Below are positions 12,920 to 26,674 of a stretch of 64,000 nucleotides of DNA, one piece after another. The notes beneath the pieces were generated by a model that was given only the letters and a program-made list of their open reading frames with translations, searched no databases and was not told the DNA's origin. Numbering within the stretch: position 1 is the stretch's first letter; each line of letters opens with the position of its first letter. Origin of the DNA: Eledone cirrhosa (Eukaryota); contig OZ024744.1 of assembly GCA_964016885.1 (NCBI GenBank), forward strand, positions 48,422,001 through 48,486,000, given 5' to 3'. Both the position numbers and the translations under genes were made by a program.

Positions 12920-13400
12920 GTTAGTTAAGTTAAAGTTTGTCCAAAACCCAAAGGCTCTTTAGTTTCATTGGTGTAAAGTGACTGAGAGTACAAGACTTTC
13001 ACTTGGTGAGGACACCGATATATAATACATCTAGAATATAATATAGAGTGTATTTAGTGTATAATATAATGTCTGATATATAAAATATATAGCAGATATT
13101 TAAAAGTTAAAGCCAGTCTCAATTCTGGAGGCTCATCAATTTTATCCTGGTTTCATTGTTGTTAAGCAATTGAGAGTACAAGACTCCTTACTAGACATAT
13201 TCATTGCAGGGTTAAGTATATCCCAAGACTGGAGAATCATCAGGCTTGAGCTTATCCCAGATTCATTGCTGTTAAGCAACTGAGTGTACAAGACTCCTCA
13301 CTCTGGACAAGACACCTGTCTATCAACAGGTCAACCCCACACAGCTGCTGGCACTCATTTCAGCTGTGGACTAAACGAAGTGTTTTGTTCAAGAAAAAAA
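12920..13400 (-). mobile_element. Old SINE with tandemly repeated 3' part
   Basis: Three copies of TTCATTG.TGT.AAG..ACTGAG.GTACAAGACT, plus CTCATTTCAGCTG and TGTTTTGTTCAAG core-like motifs. Confidence 0.5.
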
Positions 13401-13848
13401 ATGTGAAAATCCAGAGTAACAATACTCACTATTTAGCCCTAGTAAAATGAATATTTAAACTCTACTTTGGTATTGAGTACTCTTTTCTCCCAGCCACATA
13501 CAGATATATATATATATATACGTATATGCATTATATAATATACTAGCAGAATGGCCCAGTGTCGTTCAGGATTCTAAACATAGATTGGCATGTTTATCCC
13601 TCCTTTCTGAAACAGTTTCGTTGTATGTTCACCAATTGATGCAGTAGTCCTAATAAAAAGTGAAGTCGTCTTGGGTGAATAGGTAAATAATTTTCCATTA
13701 AGATTTTTCAAAAGCATGTAATTGCGTTCCCTCTCTTTTTTGTTGTTGTTTTTGTTGCTGTCGTGCCTCGTGAAATAAATACGTTTGTTTATATTTTGTT
13801 ATTGTGTATGCAAAAATATCTGTACATAAATATTTAATTATATATATA

Positions 13849-14547
13849 TCTATATTACTAAAACAGAGAATGTCTGTCTGTTTGCCTGTCTGTCCAATCA
13901 CTAAAACTCGAGAACCACCCAACCGAGTTTTTTCAAACTTTACACGTGTAATACTTATGGTCCTGTGAGTGTTTTGTGCAAAACAAATTTCAAATTTTCA
14001 ATGTCCTAGGGACTGCATTAGGCGATTTAGCGATCTCTCTCTATAATTCTTAATCTTTCTCTTTTTAGATAGATACATAGATATAACGTCGCGCCCTTAT
14101 AATGGCTGTCTGTATGCCTGACTGTTTGCATTACGTCATTATGATGCGATCAGTGTGTGTGTGTATATATATGTATATGTAGTGTGTGTATATATATATA
14201 TTCTTATGCCAGGGAACGTCTTCACGAACCAAAGTATCATTTTCCTGTTTTCCTTCGGCTGCAACGTTTTTCGAAATATTTACATCTGCGTTCACAGATT
14301 GATTTTTTTAGTTTCAGAAGATCCCATTAAGGGTGAAACCAGCGATTATTTGCTTAAACTTTAATCTGTTATTTTAATATATATACGTATATATATAATT
14401 ATATATTCGTGTACAGATACTTTTGCATATACAATAACAAAATATAAACAAACGTATTTATTTCACGAAGCTCGATAAGGATAAATATATATCAAATATA
14501 TAAGAACCCTAGAGCAAATCCCGAGCAACGGCGGGCCATTCTGCTAG
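13849..14547 (+). mobile_element. Non-autonomous Helitron, same family, nested in opposite orientation
   Basis: 5' A|TCTATATTACTAAAACAGAGAATGTCTGTCTG; 3' hairpin CCCG-agcaacgg-CGGG then CCATTCTGCTAG|T. Confidence 0.75.
14310..14360 (+). ncRNA. Hammerhead-like motif, CAGAAGA core (family C)
   Basis: AGTTT-CAGAAGA-TCCC attaa GGGT-GAAA-cCA...TGC-TT|AAACT; one stem III mismatch. Confidence 0.65.
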
Positions 14548-14570
14548 TATATATTAAAATAACAGATTAA

Positions 14571-14621
14571 AGTTTAAGCGAAGAATCGCTACTTTCACAC
14601 TTAACGGGATCTTCTGAAACT
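14571..14621 (-). ncRNA. Hammerhead-like motif, CAGAAGA core (family C)
   Basis: Inverted family C copy with a few stem substitutions. Confidence 0.6.
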
Positions 14622-14673
14622 AAAAAGATCAATCTGTGAACGCAGAAGTAAATATTTCGAAAAACATTACACA

Positions 14674-14773
<100 letters not shown>

Positions 14774-15146
14774 ATTTACATATACACAAACTAGACAAAG
14801 TCACAGATATATATATGTGCTTTGGCAACCATTCACGATGTGGCTCAATGAAGAATTAATAAATTAAATAATCAGAGCAATATACTATAAAGTATGTCCA
14901 TAGAATCATTTGATAATATATATACACCATTTCCTCTCCCAATTACCATAATTAACCACACAAAAAATCAATTAGACCAGGCTATATTGGGCAATATTGG
15001 GCTGCGCTTTCTAGCAACAAACCCACTCGCCGCAAGCAACCAATCACATTCTTTCTGACTTGACCACTGCCACGTCACAATTCTTAGCCATTTTGAATTC
15101 GTGTCTGGCGGGGACCACTTTAGAAAATAATCTGTCCTAATGAGTT

Positions 15147-15228
15147 TGTTTCCTGACGAGTTCGAAGCTCGAGATTTTATCCTTAATAGGATATATCAAA
15201 ATGTGAACGAAACCCGAGGGTAGCGACA
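15147..15228 (+). ncRNA. Type I hammerhead ribozyme (family D)
   Basis: TGTTTC-CTGACGA-GTTC...GAAC-GAAA-CCC ga GGG-TA|GCGACA; canonical G10.1-C11.1; one stem I mismatch. Confidence 0.8.
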
Positions 15229-15519
15229 TAATCTTGGTATGTGTATAGGCATTTCTTCTAACTGTAATTTTATACCTAATTGTGTATGGTTGACGGTATA
15301 TTTAATCGATTTCCACGTGCTGTTGAAATGTTGGGTAAATATCCTATGGCGGTTGGCCGCGAAGAGATTGCTGTCATTTATTTATCTACTATTTTTTCAT
15401 AGGTGCCTTTTAATCTTATAGCCTGGTCTAATTGATTTTTTTGTGTGGTTAATTATACTAATTGGGAGAGGAAATGGTGTATATATATTATCAAATTATT
15501 CTATGGACATACTTTATAT

Positions 15520-15586
<67 letters not shown>

Positions 15587-16211
15587 ATATAATATAAAGT
15601 ATGTCCATAGAATCATTTGATAATATATATACACCATTTCCTCTCCCAATTAGCATAATCAACCACACAAAAAATCAATTAAACCAGGCTATAAGATTAA
15701 AAGGCACCTATGAAGAAATAGTAGATAAATAAACGACAGCAATCTCTTCGCGGCCAACCGATACATATATACACACAGAGATAGTGTCATAATGTTGTAA
15801 TGCAGACAGCCAGACACACAGACAGATATTATAAGGGCGCGACGTTATAGCTATCTAATGCGGTCCCTAGGTCTCAAAATGCTTTTAAAAATCGGTTTTT
15901 CGCCTAATGCAGTCCCTGGGGCAAAACATGAGAAAATCTTTTTTGCTCAAAACACTTTAAATGACATAAGTAATGCAAATTTTGAAGAAATCGCCTAGAT
16001 TATTATTCCGTTATGCCTCATAAAAGCCTTTAAAGCCTAAAATGTGCAGTTTTTCGTCTAATAGGGCATTGAAAATTTGAAATATGTTTTGCTCAAAACA
16101 CTTACACGACCATAAGTATTACATGTGTAAAGTTTGAAAAAACTCGGTTGGGTGGTTCTCGAGTTTTAGGGGGTCAGACAGACAGACATTCTCTGTTTTA
16201 GATATATAGAT

Positions 16212-17600
16212 GAGGGAGTAGCTATAAAAGTTGACAACAGTGTGATGGATAAAGCATTAACAACATAGAGGTAGGGAAGGCAGCTGGTCCATCTGGTATA
16301 GTTGCTGAGATGTTAAAAGCATCTGGTATGGTAGGACATGCACTAGTCAAACACATAGTTAATCAAGTAGTACGGGAGGGGTTCATACTCAATGACTGGT
16401 GCAGCAGTATCAATATCCTAGTAAATTGCTACAAATGCAAAGGAGATGCACTGGAGAGAAGTAACTACAGAGGTATCTAGTTGATGGACCAGAAAATTGT
16501 TGAAAGGGTTATAGCACAACTAATTAAGGACAAAATCAAGTTAGATGAGATGCAGTTTGGAATTATACCAAGCAGGAATACTATTGATGCCCTCTTTATA
16601 GTGCGACAACTGCAGGAAAGGTACTTAGCTAAGAGTTAGCCACTGTATCTGGCTTTTGTAGATATGGAGAAGGCCTTTGACAGGATCCCATGCTCTGTAA
16701 TCTGCTGGCCCCTTTGGCAGCTAGGTGTAGATGAATGGCTTGTGAGTGCCATGTAGGCTATGTAAAGGAGCAACCATCAGGGTGAGGGCTGAAAGCGAGT
16801 ACAGTGATGAATTTGAAGTGCTGGTGAGTGTCTCCCATGGCTCAGTCCACTCCTGTTATTCTTTGTTCTTCAGGCATCACTGGGGAGCTTAAAACTGGCA
16901 CTCTGTGGGAGCTTTTATATACCAATGAGCTAGTCCTTATAACAGGAGAGTTAGAGACAAAATTTCAAACATGGAACAAGTACCTAGAGTTGAAAGGCCT
17001 ATTTGATGGGTCACAAAGAGGTGGGCAGAAATTCTATAAAGTGCACACAGTGTAATCTATGGACACACAAGAGACATAGTGGGATTGCAAGCAGATTAAC
17101 AGAAAAGATAGACTTTGTATGTGGCAGATGCACAGGAGAAGTAAACACTAAGATCTCATGTGAAGTAGATTCCTTCTGCTGCCAGGGAGGCCCCTTAGAA
17201 GCTGTCAATAACTTCTGTTATTTAGGCAATCAAATTAGCAGTGGAGGAAGATCCTAATACCTCTGCTGTCAACAAAGGGTTTCTCACTCAGAGTGTATGA
17301 TGTCTGTGTGTGAACTATAATGCTATATGGCAGTGAAACATGGGCCTTAACTACAGAAGACCTATGAAGGCTGGAGAGAAATGAAGTGAGTATGCTCCAA
17401 TGGATGTGTAAATGTTAGTGTGCATGAACGAAGTAGCATTGAACTGAGAGCAAAACTTGGCATAAGAGGAATTGGATGTAATGTGCAAGCGAGAAGATTG
17501 TGCTGGTATGGACATGTGATGAATATTGAGGATAGCAGCTGCATAAAGAAATACAGATCTATCCTGGTGGTTGGAACCCAAGGAAAAGGCAGACCTATTA
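16212..17600 (+). mobile_element. Degenerate RTE LINE (RT, PHD, C-terminus)
   Basis: ORF pieces NSIKCTQCNLWTHKR..FVCGRC and RRLCWYGHV..GKGRP; many stops. Confidence 0.85.
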
Positions 17601-17898
17601 AATTGTGTAAGTTCTTTTGTCACATTCTGTGTCTGTTCATTGTTTTGATTTTGGTTTATTTACCCCATCTTGTTTAACCAAGGAATGGAACAGTTAACAG
17701 TAATAATTGTTTCTACTTTTGGCACAAGGCCAGCAATGACCCAGTGCATTACTGGTACTTTTTTAACAGTAATAATAAAACCAAATTCAACTTGTGCGTG
17801 TATTTTTATTTGCAACGTGACTCCCCCAAAATATAGCAATATCATTATCATCATAATAACTTAACATGTTCCTTGCTAGCAGGCCTTCACAGACTGAG

Positions 17899-18223
<325 letters not shown>

Positions 18224-18257
18224 GTATATATATTTATTTATTAAAATAACAGATTAA

Positions 18258-18308
18258 AGTTTAAGCAAAGTATCGCTGCTTTCACCCTTAATGGGATCTT
18301 CTGAAACT
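18258..18308 (-). ncRNA. Hammerhead-like motif, CAGAAGA core (family C)
   Basis: Reverse complement AGTTT-CAGAAGA-TCCCATTAAGGGT-GAAA-GCA...TGC-TT-AAACT. Confidence 0.7.
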
Positions 18309-18634
18309 AAAAAAAATCAATCTGTGAACGCAGAAGTAAATATTTCGAAAAACGTAGTAACCGAAGGAAAACAGGAAGACGATACTTTGGTTCGTGAAGA
18401 CGTTCCCTGGCAATGAACGGAAAAAAGCGAACATAATATGTCGTTATGTGGAGCAGTGAGAACAATTACACGCAAACCAAAACCACATTTATGGTATAAA
18501 TGGAGTTATATTCTAAATGGAGTAATATTCTATTTAGGAAACCAAATGATTCTCGGCTTCGGAATTAAGAATAATGTAAATTAATTAGTTGAATGAAAAT
18601 GAGAGAGATTATTAAAATTATAAATATATATATA

Positions 18635-18985
18635 AAACCCGCCTTGCCTAAGTACAAAGCGAAACCTACAGCCAGTTGGCACCTCTTAATCAAATATTCG
18701 CACCCCTCCCACTACCCCCACCCCCATCAACACCACCCCTTCTCTGTAAAGTTATGAGGTCGTGTAGGTGTCATGACAAAAAAAAACACACAGTCACGCT
18801 GTAATGTGGCCGTGTAGGTAACACGATAAAAACCTCCCAGTCCACACTATAAACGTGGTTGGTGTTACGAAGGGCATCCAGCCGTAGAAAACCTACCAGA
18901 CAGTCCCATACGAGCGAGACGACCAATCTTGCCTCAAGTGGGACAATTCCCGTCTAAATCCATGCTACCGTGGAAGATAGACGTT
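18635..18985 (+). mobile_element. RTE family 1 3' UTR fragment
   Basis: Matches the 3' UTRs at 58448-58820 and 2060-2445. Confidence 0.85.
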
Positions 18986-19073
18986 ATATATATATACATA
19001 TGTATATATATATATTTATATATATATATATACGATATTAACAAATGGAAACTATATTTATAAAACCATATTT

Positions 19074-19136
19074 ATTTCATTATACATATTTCAAGGACAC
19101 CAAGTTAAATTATGGTGTGCTTTCATCAGATAAAAT
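19074..19136 (-). ncRNA. Type I hammerhead ribozyme (family M), inverted copy
   Basis: Near reverse complement of 19928-19990. Confidence 0.75.
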
Positions 19137-19927
19137 ATAATATAGATCAGTTTTATAAATAAATATTGACATACCCTTAAAAAATGCAACCATTACTGTT
19201 GGAAGCTCCCGGATAGTGGGGTTGTTTAATTGTATTATTATTAGTATTGGATATTTTTATTTTTATTTTTAAGATTCCTATATCTTAAATTAAATTAAAG
19301 AATCCTTTTATGCTTTGTGTGTATATATTATATACGTAGTTAGATATGTTATGTATTTTATAAGTGTGTTTATATATTTATATGTATTTTTGCGTGTGTA
19401 TACGTGTTATATGATATGTAGTTCTCTAGTAATATATGGATTTCTTAATGTATAGATCCCAATTTTTAATATATTGATCTCAATTTTTAAATGATTAACT
19501 AAACATCTAATCATATTTAAACAATGGTTAATTTCTCATATTATATATGTATATTCCATTCATGATTATTAACATTTCTAATTTTATTTATTCATTTCAT
19601 CTCAATTGTTAAGTTAACTCAACAAGATATGACTTAGAGTTTTTCGTTCTCTCCCCTTCTCTCTGTCTCCTCTCTCTCTCTATATATCTTTCTCTCTCTC
19701 TTGTTTTGGTCTCTCTCTCTCTCTTTTCTCTCTCTCTCTCTCTTTTTCTCTCTCTTCTTCTTTATCTTTTTCTTTCTCTGTAACCCAACAGCTTATTTTT
19801 AAAATAAAAATATCCAATACTAATAATAATATAATTAAACAACTCCACTATCCGGGAGCTTCCAACAGTAATGGTTGCATTTTTTAAGGGTATGTCAATA
19901 TTTATTTATAAAACTGATCTATATTAT

Positions 19928-19990
19928 ATTTTATCTGATGAAAGCACACCATAATTTAAATTGGTGTCCTTGAAATATGTATAATGAAAT
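19928..19990 (+). ncRNA. Type I hammerhead ribozyme (family M)
   Basis: ATTTTAT-CTGATGA-AAGcACACC...GGTGTcCTT-GAAA-TATGTA-TA|ATGAAAT: 7-bp stem I, quasi-palindromic stem III. Confidence 0.75.
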
Positions 19991-20097
19991 AAATATGGTT
20001 TTATAAATATAGTTTCCATTTGTTAATATCGTATTTTTACTCCAAATATTTGTTGAGTGTTTTATATCAGTTATAAAAATATTTGCTTGTTGTATCC

Positions 20098-20158
<61 letters not shown>

Positions 20159-20425
20159 CATTGAACAACAACTGTTATAGACACCATATATATTTCCGTG
20201 GGTACTTAGTACCTACTGGAATATTTATATCACTTTATATGTATTCTCCTTCTATGTAGAGAAAAAAATGTTTATAGTGGTATGAAATATCAACGAGTCT
20301 ATAATCCCGCTTTTTCTTACGGCCTATTTATGTGGGGGTCACTTTAACGGCCTGACCTCATGCAGCGGGCAGAAAGCGACATATTTACAAACTACAAGGC
20401 TTTGTACCCTGTGGTATGGAAATAG

Positions 20426-20503
20426 TTGTCTGAAGAGCTGATTCTTTCCATTGGAAATTCTCTGAATTTCCAATCTTTTGATAAGCGAAACCGTCGGTCA
20501 CAG
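20426..20503 (+). ncRNA. Type I hammerhead ribozyme (family E)
   Basis: TTGT-CTGAAGA-GCT...ATTGGAAATTC tct GAATTTCCAAT...AGC-GAAA-CCG t CGG-TC|ACAG; canonical core and GUC site. Confidence 0.85.
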
Positions 20504-20683
20504 GATTAGAAGGGGTGAATATTTAAATCGTATTTTAATTTATTTAAAAGATTGTTTAATGTTTACTTGTTCCGCTCATTTTTATAGTTCTGGTATCTCA
20601 AATTAGTACTATAGAACAACAACTGTTATAGACACCATGAATATTTCCGTGGGTACTTAGTACCTACTGGATTATTTATATCA

Positions 20684-20790
<107 letters not shown>

Positions 20791-20851
20791 CACACTCTAC
20801 GTGGATTCTTAAAGATAGATTTTGCTTCTTCATATCTCCAAAATTATGTCT

Positions 20852-21070
20852 GCTGGTGGCACGAATAAAAACACTCAGTGCATGCTGTAAAATGGAGGGG
20901 TGGATAGGGCCTCTGAGTCCAGTAAGACGACCTCTCTAGTGCTGGTGGCACGAATAAAAGTACCCAGCCCATGCTGTAAAATGGAGGGGTAAAGGAGGCT
21001 TCTGAGTTCAGTAAGACAACCTTTCTAGTGCTGGTGGCATGAATAAAAGCACCCAGTCCATGCTGTAAAG
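20852..21070 (+). repeat. 89-bp tandem repeat (about 2.5 units) upstream of the RTE ORF
   Basis: GCTGGTGGCA.GAATAAAA starts at 20852, 20941 and 21030. Confidence 0.85.
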
Positions 21071-24000
21071 TGGTGCTGGTGTTAGGAAGGGTATCCAACC
21101 AGTATAATAAATGCCAAAATTATGAGCACAACAAATAAGAATTGCAACAACTGCGTCAACAGCAATAACACCAACCATGTTAGGGCTGCACACGGTAGTG
21201 GGGTGGCTAGTGAGGCCATGTGAGAGAACCCCACGACGTCATCAAGCAATTGCACAACAGGAAAAAGAACGAGACGTCGCATCTCAGAGTTGCCACACTT
21301 AATGTTGGCACTCTAACAGGTAGATCTGGTGAGATAGTGGAGATGCTGGAGAGAAGGCATGTGGATGTGTGTTGTGTGCAAGAGGTGAGATGGAGAGGTG
21401 CCTCTGCAAGACTAATCGCAGGCCATATATCTTAGTTATAAGCTTTTCTGGGTGGGTAATGATGATGGGTTAGGGGGAGTAGGCATTTTACTGGCTGAGA
21501 GATGGATCAATAAGACAATAGAGGTAGTTAGAGTTATTAATAGAATAATTAAGCTTAGATTAGTTGTAGGCAAGAGACTGCTGACAATCTTCTCTGCCAA
21601 GTTCCCCAGGCTGGCCTAGGTAAAGAAGAGAAAGTTTTACAAACGAGCAAGTTTTACAAACAGCCTCAATGACAGAGGACAGAGACATCTTTATGCTAGC
21701 GGGGGCCTTCAATGGACATGTTGGACAGCTCCAGGATGGATACACTGAAGTACATGGTGGGTACGGTTACGGCTCAAGAAATGAAGGAGTGAGACTGCTT
21801 GAATTTTGTGATACAAATGCACTAACCATTTGCAACACTAACTTCCAGAAGCCTACCAACCACCTAATAACCTACAAATCAGGCGAGCACATAAGCCAGA
21901 TTGACTTCCTGCTAGTTAGACAGCGAGACAGACAGATGGTGTCAAATACCAAGGCATACCCCGGGGAAGAATGTACCCCACAGCATAGGCTAGTCGGTAG
22001 TGACGTCTCAGTAAGCAAAAGAAAGAATGAGACACAGGAAGGTGTGGAAAAGAAAGGTCTGGAAGCTAAAAGACCCTTCATTAAAATATAAATTTAGCAA
22101 AGCCCTTCAAGATTTGTATGACGAAAAGGAAGACGATTTAGAATCGTATGACATAGATGATAACTGGAATTTCTTGCGTCACAACTTACTGCAGCCTACT
22201 GAAGAAACTTGTGGTGGGGTAGAGCTTCAACCAGACAGAGAGTGACCTGGTGGTGGAACAGCAAGGTAGATAGGGCCATTAGAGGCAAAAGACTAGCATG
22301 GAAGGCTTGGAAAAACGGTGGGAGTAGAGAAGGATACACAGCCGCTAAGAGAGAAGCTAGATGTCAGGTGTATTTAGCACGCATGGAGGCTGAGAGTAGG
22401 AGATTTGCCAATGTTCTGCTATAGGAAGATCAGAGACGTGCGGTGTTCCGCATTGCAAAGCAGTGTGTCACTACAAATCAGGATGTTATTGGAGATAAGT
22501 GTGTCCAGAATGATGCCGATGTACTTAGTGTCATGAATGATAAAAAAAAAAAGGAGGCCTGGAAATGTCATTATGAGAGACTGATGAATGTGGAGAATGA
22601 ATGGGACAGAGAGAAATTACCCCCAGTAAACCCGACAGAGGGACCAGATTTTGAGATTGACGAATATAGGGTACAAGAGACAATTAAGGAAATGAAGAAT
22701 GGTAAGGCTGCTGGACCGTCGGAGATAGTTGCTGAGATGCTGAAGGCATCAGGAGAAGTAGGCACTAAACTGGTTGCACGTATCATTAATCAAGCTATAT
22801 ATGGTGGTGTCATACCCAAAGACTGGTGCAGCAGTATTCTCATAAATTGCTATAAAGGTAAAGTGGATGTTCTAGAGAGGAACAATTATAGGAGCATAAA
22901 GCTGATGGATCAGGTTATGAAAGTGGCAGAGAGAATGTTAGCGCAACTGATTAGAGAAAGGGTCAAATTAGATGAGATGCAGTTTAGTTTTGTGCCTCGG
23001 AAAAGTACAAAAGATGCCCTCTTCTTAGTGAGGCAACTACAAGAGAGGTTCTTAGAGAAGAATAAGCCACTATACTTAGCTTTTGTTGACCTAGAGAAGG
23101 CCTTTGATAGGGTACCCCGATCTGTCATCTGGTGGTCCCTAAGGAAACTAGGTGTAGAGGAATGGTTTGTGAGGACAGTGCAAGCTATGTACAGGGGTGC
23201 TGTCAGTAAAGTGAAAATAGGTATGGAGTTTAGTGAGGAATTCCAGATATAAGTAGGTCTACATCAGGGTTCGGTCCTCAGTCCGCTCTTGTTCCTTATA
23301 GTCCTCCAAGCCATAACAGAGGAGCTTAAGACTGGCTGCCCATGGGAACTTCTCTGTGCTGATGATCTCGTTCTTATAGCAGAATCAGTAGACGAGCTAG
23401 AGAATAAATTCTGGCTACGGAAACAGCAGTTGGAATCAAGAGGCCTGGGAGTCAACATAACTAAGACAAAAATGTTGATAAGTAGAAGAGAGGACAATAC
23501 TCTGATTCCATCAGGGAAATGGCCATGTTCGATATGTAGGAAAGGAACTGGCATAAATTCCATAAAATGTACGCAATGCAGATCTTGGGTACACAAGAGA
23601 TGTAGTGGGATAACTAACAGGTAGGGAAAACTACGTATTCAGTAGATGTACAGGGAAAGTTGGCAGTAGTAATCGCAGTGATAGACACATTTTTCCAATG
23701 AAGGTGGGTTCTATAGAAGTGGTTGATAGCTTCCGGTACGTAGGTGATCAGATTAGCATGGGAGGGGGTGTTCTGAGGCCATAATATCTAGAATAAGGAC
23801 GGGTTGGAAGAAGTTTAGGAAGCTGCTTCCTCTGTTGACGAAGAAGGGAATCTCCCTGCATACGAAAGGACGGTTATATGATGCCTGTGTGAGATGCGCG
23901 ATGCTGCATGGTAGTGAGACATGGGCAGCAACTGCAGAAGATATGCGACTGCTGGAGAGAAATGAAGCAAGTATGCTCTGTTGGATGTGCAATGCCAATG

Positions 24001-24350
24001 TGCATGAACGACCAAGCATAGACGAGTTGAGAAAGAAACTGGGTATAAGAGGGATACGTTGTGGTGTGCTGGAGAGAAGGCCGAGATGGTATGGACATGT
24101 GATGCGCATGGAGGATGACCAATGGGTAAAGAAGTGCCAAGAAATCCCAATAGAAGGAAGACGCAGTAGAGGTAGACCACGAAAAACATGGGCGCAGATG
24201 GTGAGAGCAGACCTCAGATCGCTGAAACTCACAGAGGAGATGACGAAAGACCGTGACAAGTGGAGAGATGCTGTGCTGAATAGGACCCATCCAACCCTTG
24301 CAGGCAGGGAAAAGCGGACATAAAATGATGATGATGATGATGATGATGAT
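20852..24350 (+). mobile_element. Near full-length RTE LINE (family 2): APE endonuclease, RT, PHD finger; pseudogenised
   Basis: LRVATLNVGTL..CVQEVRW, NGHVG..SQIDF..QHRLV, RT motifs and RWYGHV..GRPRKTW; ends GGAAAAGCGGACATAAA(ATG)n; several frameshifts and stops. Confidence 0.95.
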
Positions 24351-24560
24351 AACTTTGAGAAACTTTGAGCCCACCTCTGTGAGATAAGATGTGACACCAG
24401 AGTCCGGTCAAGCATTCCAGCCTGCTATGTTCAAGATCCTATCACTTGCACCAAATAAAAAATTGATCTGGATTGAAGTGTCATTTGAGGCATAAACATA
24501 AAACAATGAAATAAAAAGACTGCTGAACCCTCATATGTTGAATCCACCGGAGAGTCCATC

Positions 24561-24622
<62 letters not shown>

Positions 24623-24825
24623 AACTTTAGGAATGTATCTGTTAATATATGGATGTACAGAATTGCTAAATTTTCTTATATTTTTAACATGCTTCTGCTA
24701 TGCTTTGCTGTTGCTTTTATATATACTTATATTTTAGATTATATTATTTGGTATGGTATGAGCCTCATCTATGGTATGAAGTTATCTTTTGCATGTTTTA
24801 ATGTTGAAACTTATATAAATATGTA

Positions 24826-24913
24826 AATCCCTGAGGATATGTAGAACGACAGACAGATACCTCGTGTAAATTGTAGTATGGCCTGCTGTTATACATTGAA
24901 ACATTGTAGGATT
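24826..24913 (+). ncRNA. Minimal type I hammerhead with long stem II (family F)
   Basis: AATCC-CTGAGGA-TATGTA...TACATT-GAAA-CATTG-TA|GGATT. Confidence 0.8.
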
Positions 24914-25025
24914 AAAATAATTTTAAAAGTATAACTTGATTATTCTCTCTCAAATTACTACTTATGTATACATGTATATACATATATATATTTAGATAGA
25001 AGTATATATATATATATATATATAC

Positions 25026-25074
25026 GATTCCTGATGATTTCTAAAGAATGAAACAGTTCTCGTCCTGTAGAATC
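25026..25074 (+). ncRNA. Type I hammerhead ribozyme (family G)
   Basis: GATTC-CTGATGA-TTTC taaa GAAT-GAAA-CAG ttctcgtc CTG-TA|GAATC. Confidence 0.85.
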
Positions 25075-25259
25075 TCATCTATATTAAAACTTTTATACTC
25101 TGCAATGTATTGAGTACCTTACTTATTGTGGTTACCTCCGATTCAACCCGGAATAATGTACTTATATATATATATATATATACAGACACATGTATATGTA
25201 TATATATACATATGTGTGTGTCTATATATATATATATTTGCTCTACAGGTTTATATATA

Positions 25260-26586
25260 TATATATAATTATTTGTCTCTCTGTCTGTTCCTATGCATTC
25301 TTAAACGGCTCGACCAAATCAAATCAAATTTTACAAGGTAATAGTATTAACATCCAATTTTTCTTTTCATTTGGATTAAAAGAATATAATATTTTATCTA
25401 AAATAACCTTTCTATAGTGAACTATAGTAAACCACCACCACCACCACCACCACGATGACGACACATTGTATATGAGTGTGTATGTGTCTGTGAGTGTGTG
25501 TGTGTCTGTGAGTTTGTGTGTGCTTGCGAGTTTGTTACATACATTGGGCCTCAGAGAATGAAACACACACACACATGTACGCATACATATAGACAATTAA
25601 AAACACACACATCTACACATACATATAGACAATTAAACACACACACTCATCTACACATACATATAGACAATTAAACACACACACACATGTACACATACAT
25701 ATAGACAATTAAACACACACACACATGTACACATACATATAGACAATTAAACACACACTCATCTACACGTACATATAGACAATTAAACACACACACACAC
25801 ATGTACACATACATATAGACATTTAAACACACACATACATATAGACAATTAAACAGACACACTTATCTACACATACATATAGACAATTAAACACACACAC
25901 ATCTACACATACATACAGACAATTAAACACACACACATCTACACATACATATAGACAATTAAACACACACACACATCTACCATCTACACATACAGAAGTA
26001 TATGTGATGACAGACAGATATGCATGAATGTATGTCTGTGTGTGTCTGTCTCGGTATATGTATGTGAGTGTATGTGAGTGTATGTGAGAGTGTATGTGTG
26101 TGTGTGAGTGTATGTGTGATAATTTTTATTTTAACGTTAGGCCTCAGAGAATTAAACACACACATGCATATAACGTTAGTAAGTTGCATACACATTATCT
26201 TCACACACAGACAATTAAACACACACATACATCTACACATATAGATATATATGTGATGACAGACAGGTGTGAATGAATGTATGTCTGTGTGTGTCTGTCT
26301 TAGTATATGTATGTGAGTGTATGTGTGTGAGTGTATGTGAGCAACAATTTATTCATTTGGACAATAGCAAAAAATGACACAATGAATATTGTTTACCCTA
26401 AGGTGCTTCAAGATTGACAGATTGTCATTTCTAAATTCTATTATCATTACAATTTTGATATTTTTTTAATAAAATATAGATATTTTGAAATAATTATGAG
26501 AAAAACAAAACATATCTTCATATTTATTGTTTACTAATCTGAATAAGAACAGCAGTAACCCAGGCAATGCCATGTAATTCAGCTAA
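25260..26586 (+). mobile_element. Probable degenerate Helitron with an internal ~35-bp minisatellite
   Basis: Helitron-like 5' CTGTCTGTTCCTATGCATTC and 3' CCCAGGCAATGCCATGTAATTCAGCTA; ATAGACAATTAAACACAC...TACACATACAT repeated over 25560-25990. Confidence 0.45.
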
Positions 26587-26674
26587 TGAGTATATATAAT
26601 CCTTATCGAGCCCTCTTCGGATTTTAGTCTTAATATTTATTATTACTATATATATACTTCTATCTATCTATATA

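Noticed and set aside
20333-20380. Possible twister-like motif upstream of the family E HHR
   Set aside because: A hairpin is present, but I could not place the twister pseudoknots.
25560-25990. Regularly spaced ~35-bp repeats, superficially CRISPR-like
   Set aside because: No unique spacers, eukaryotic context and no cas genes; this is a minisatellite.
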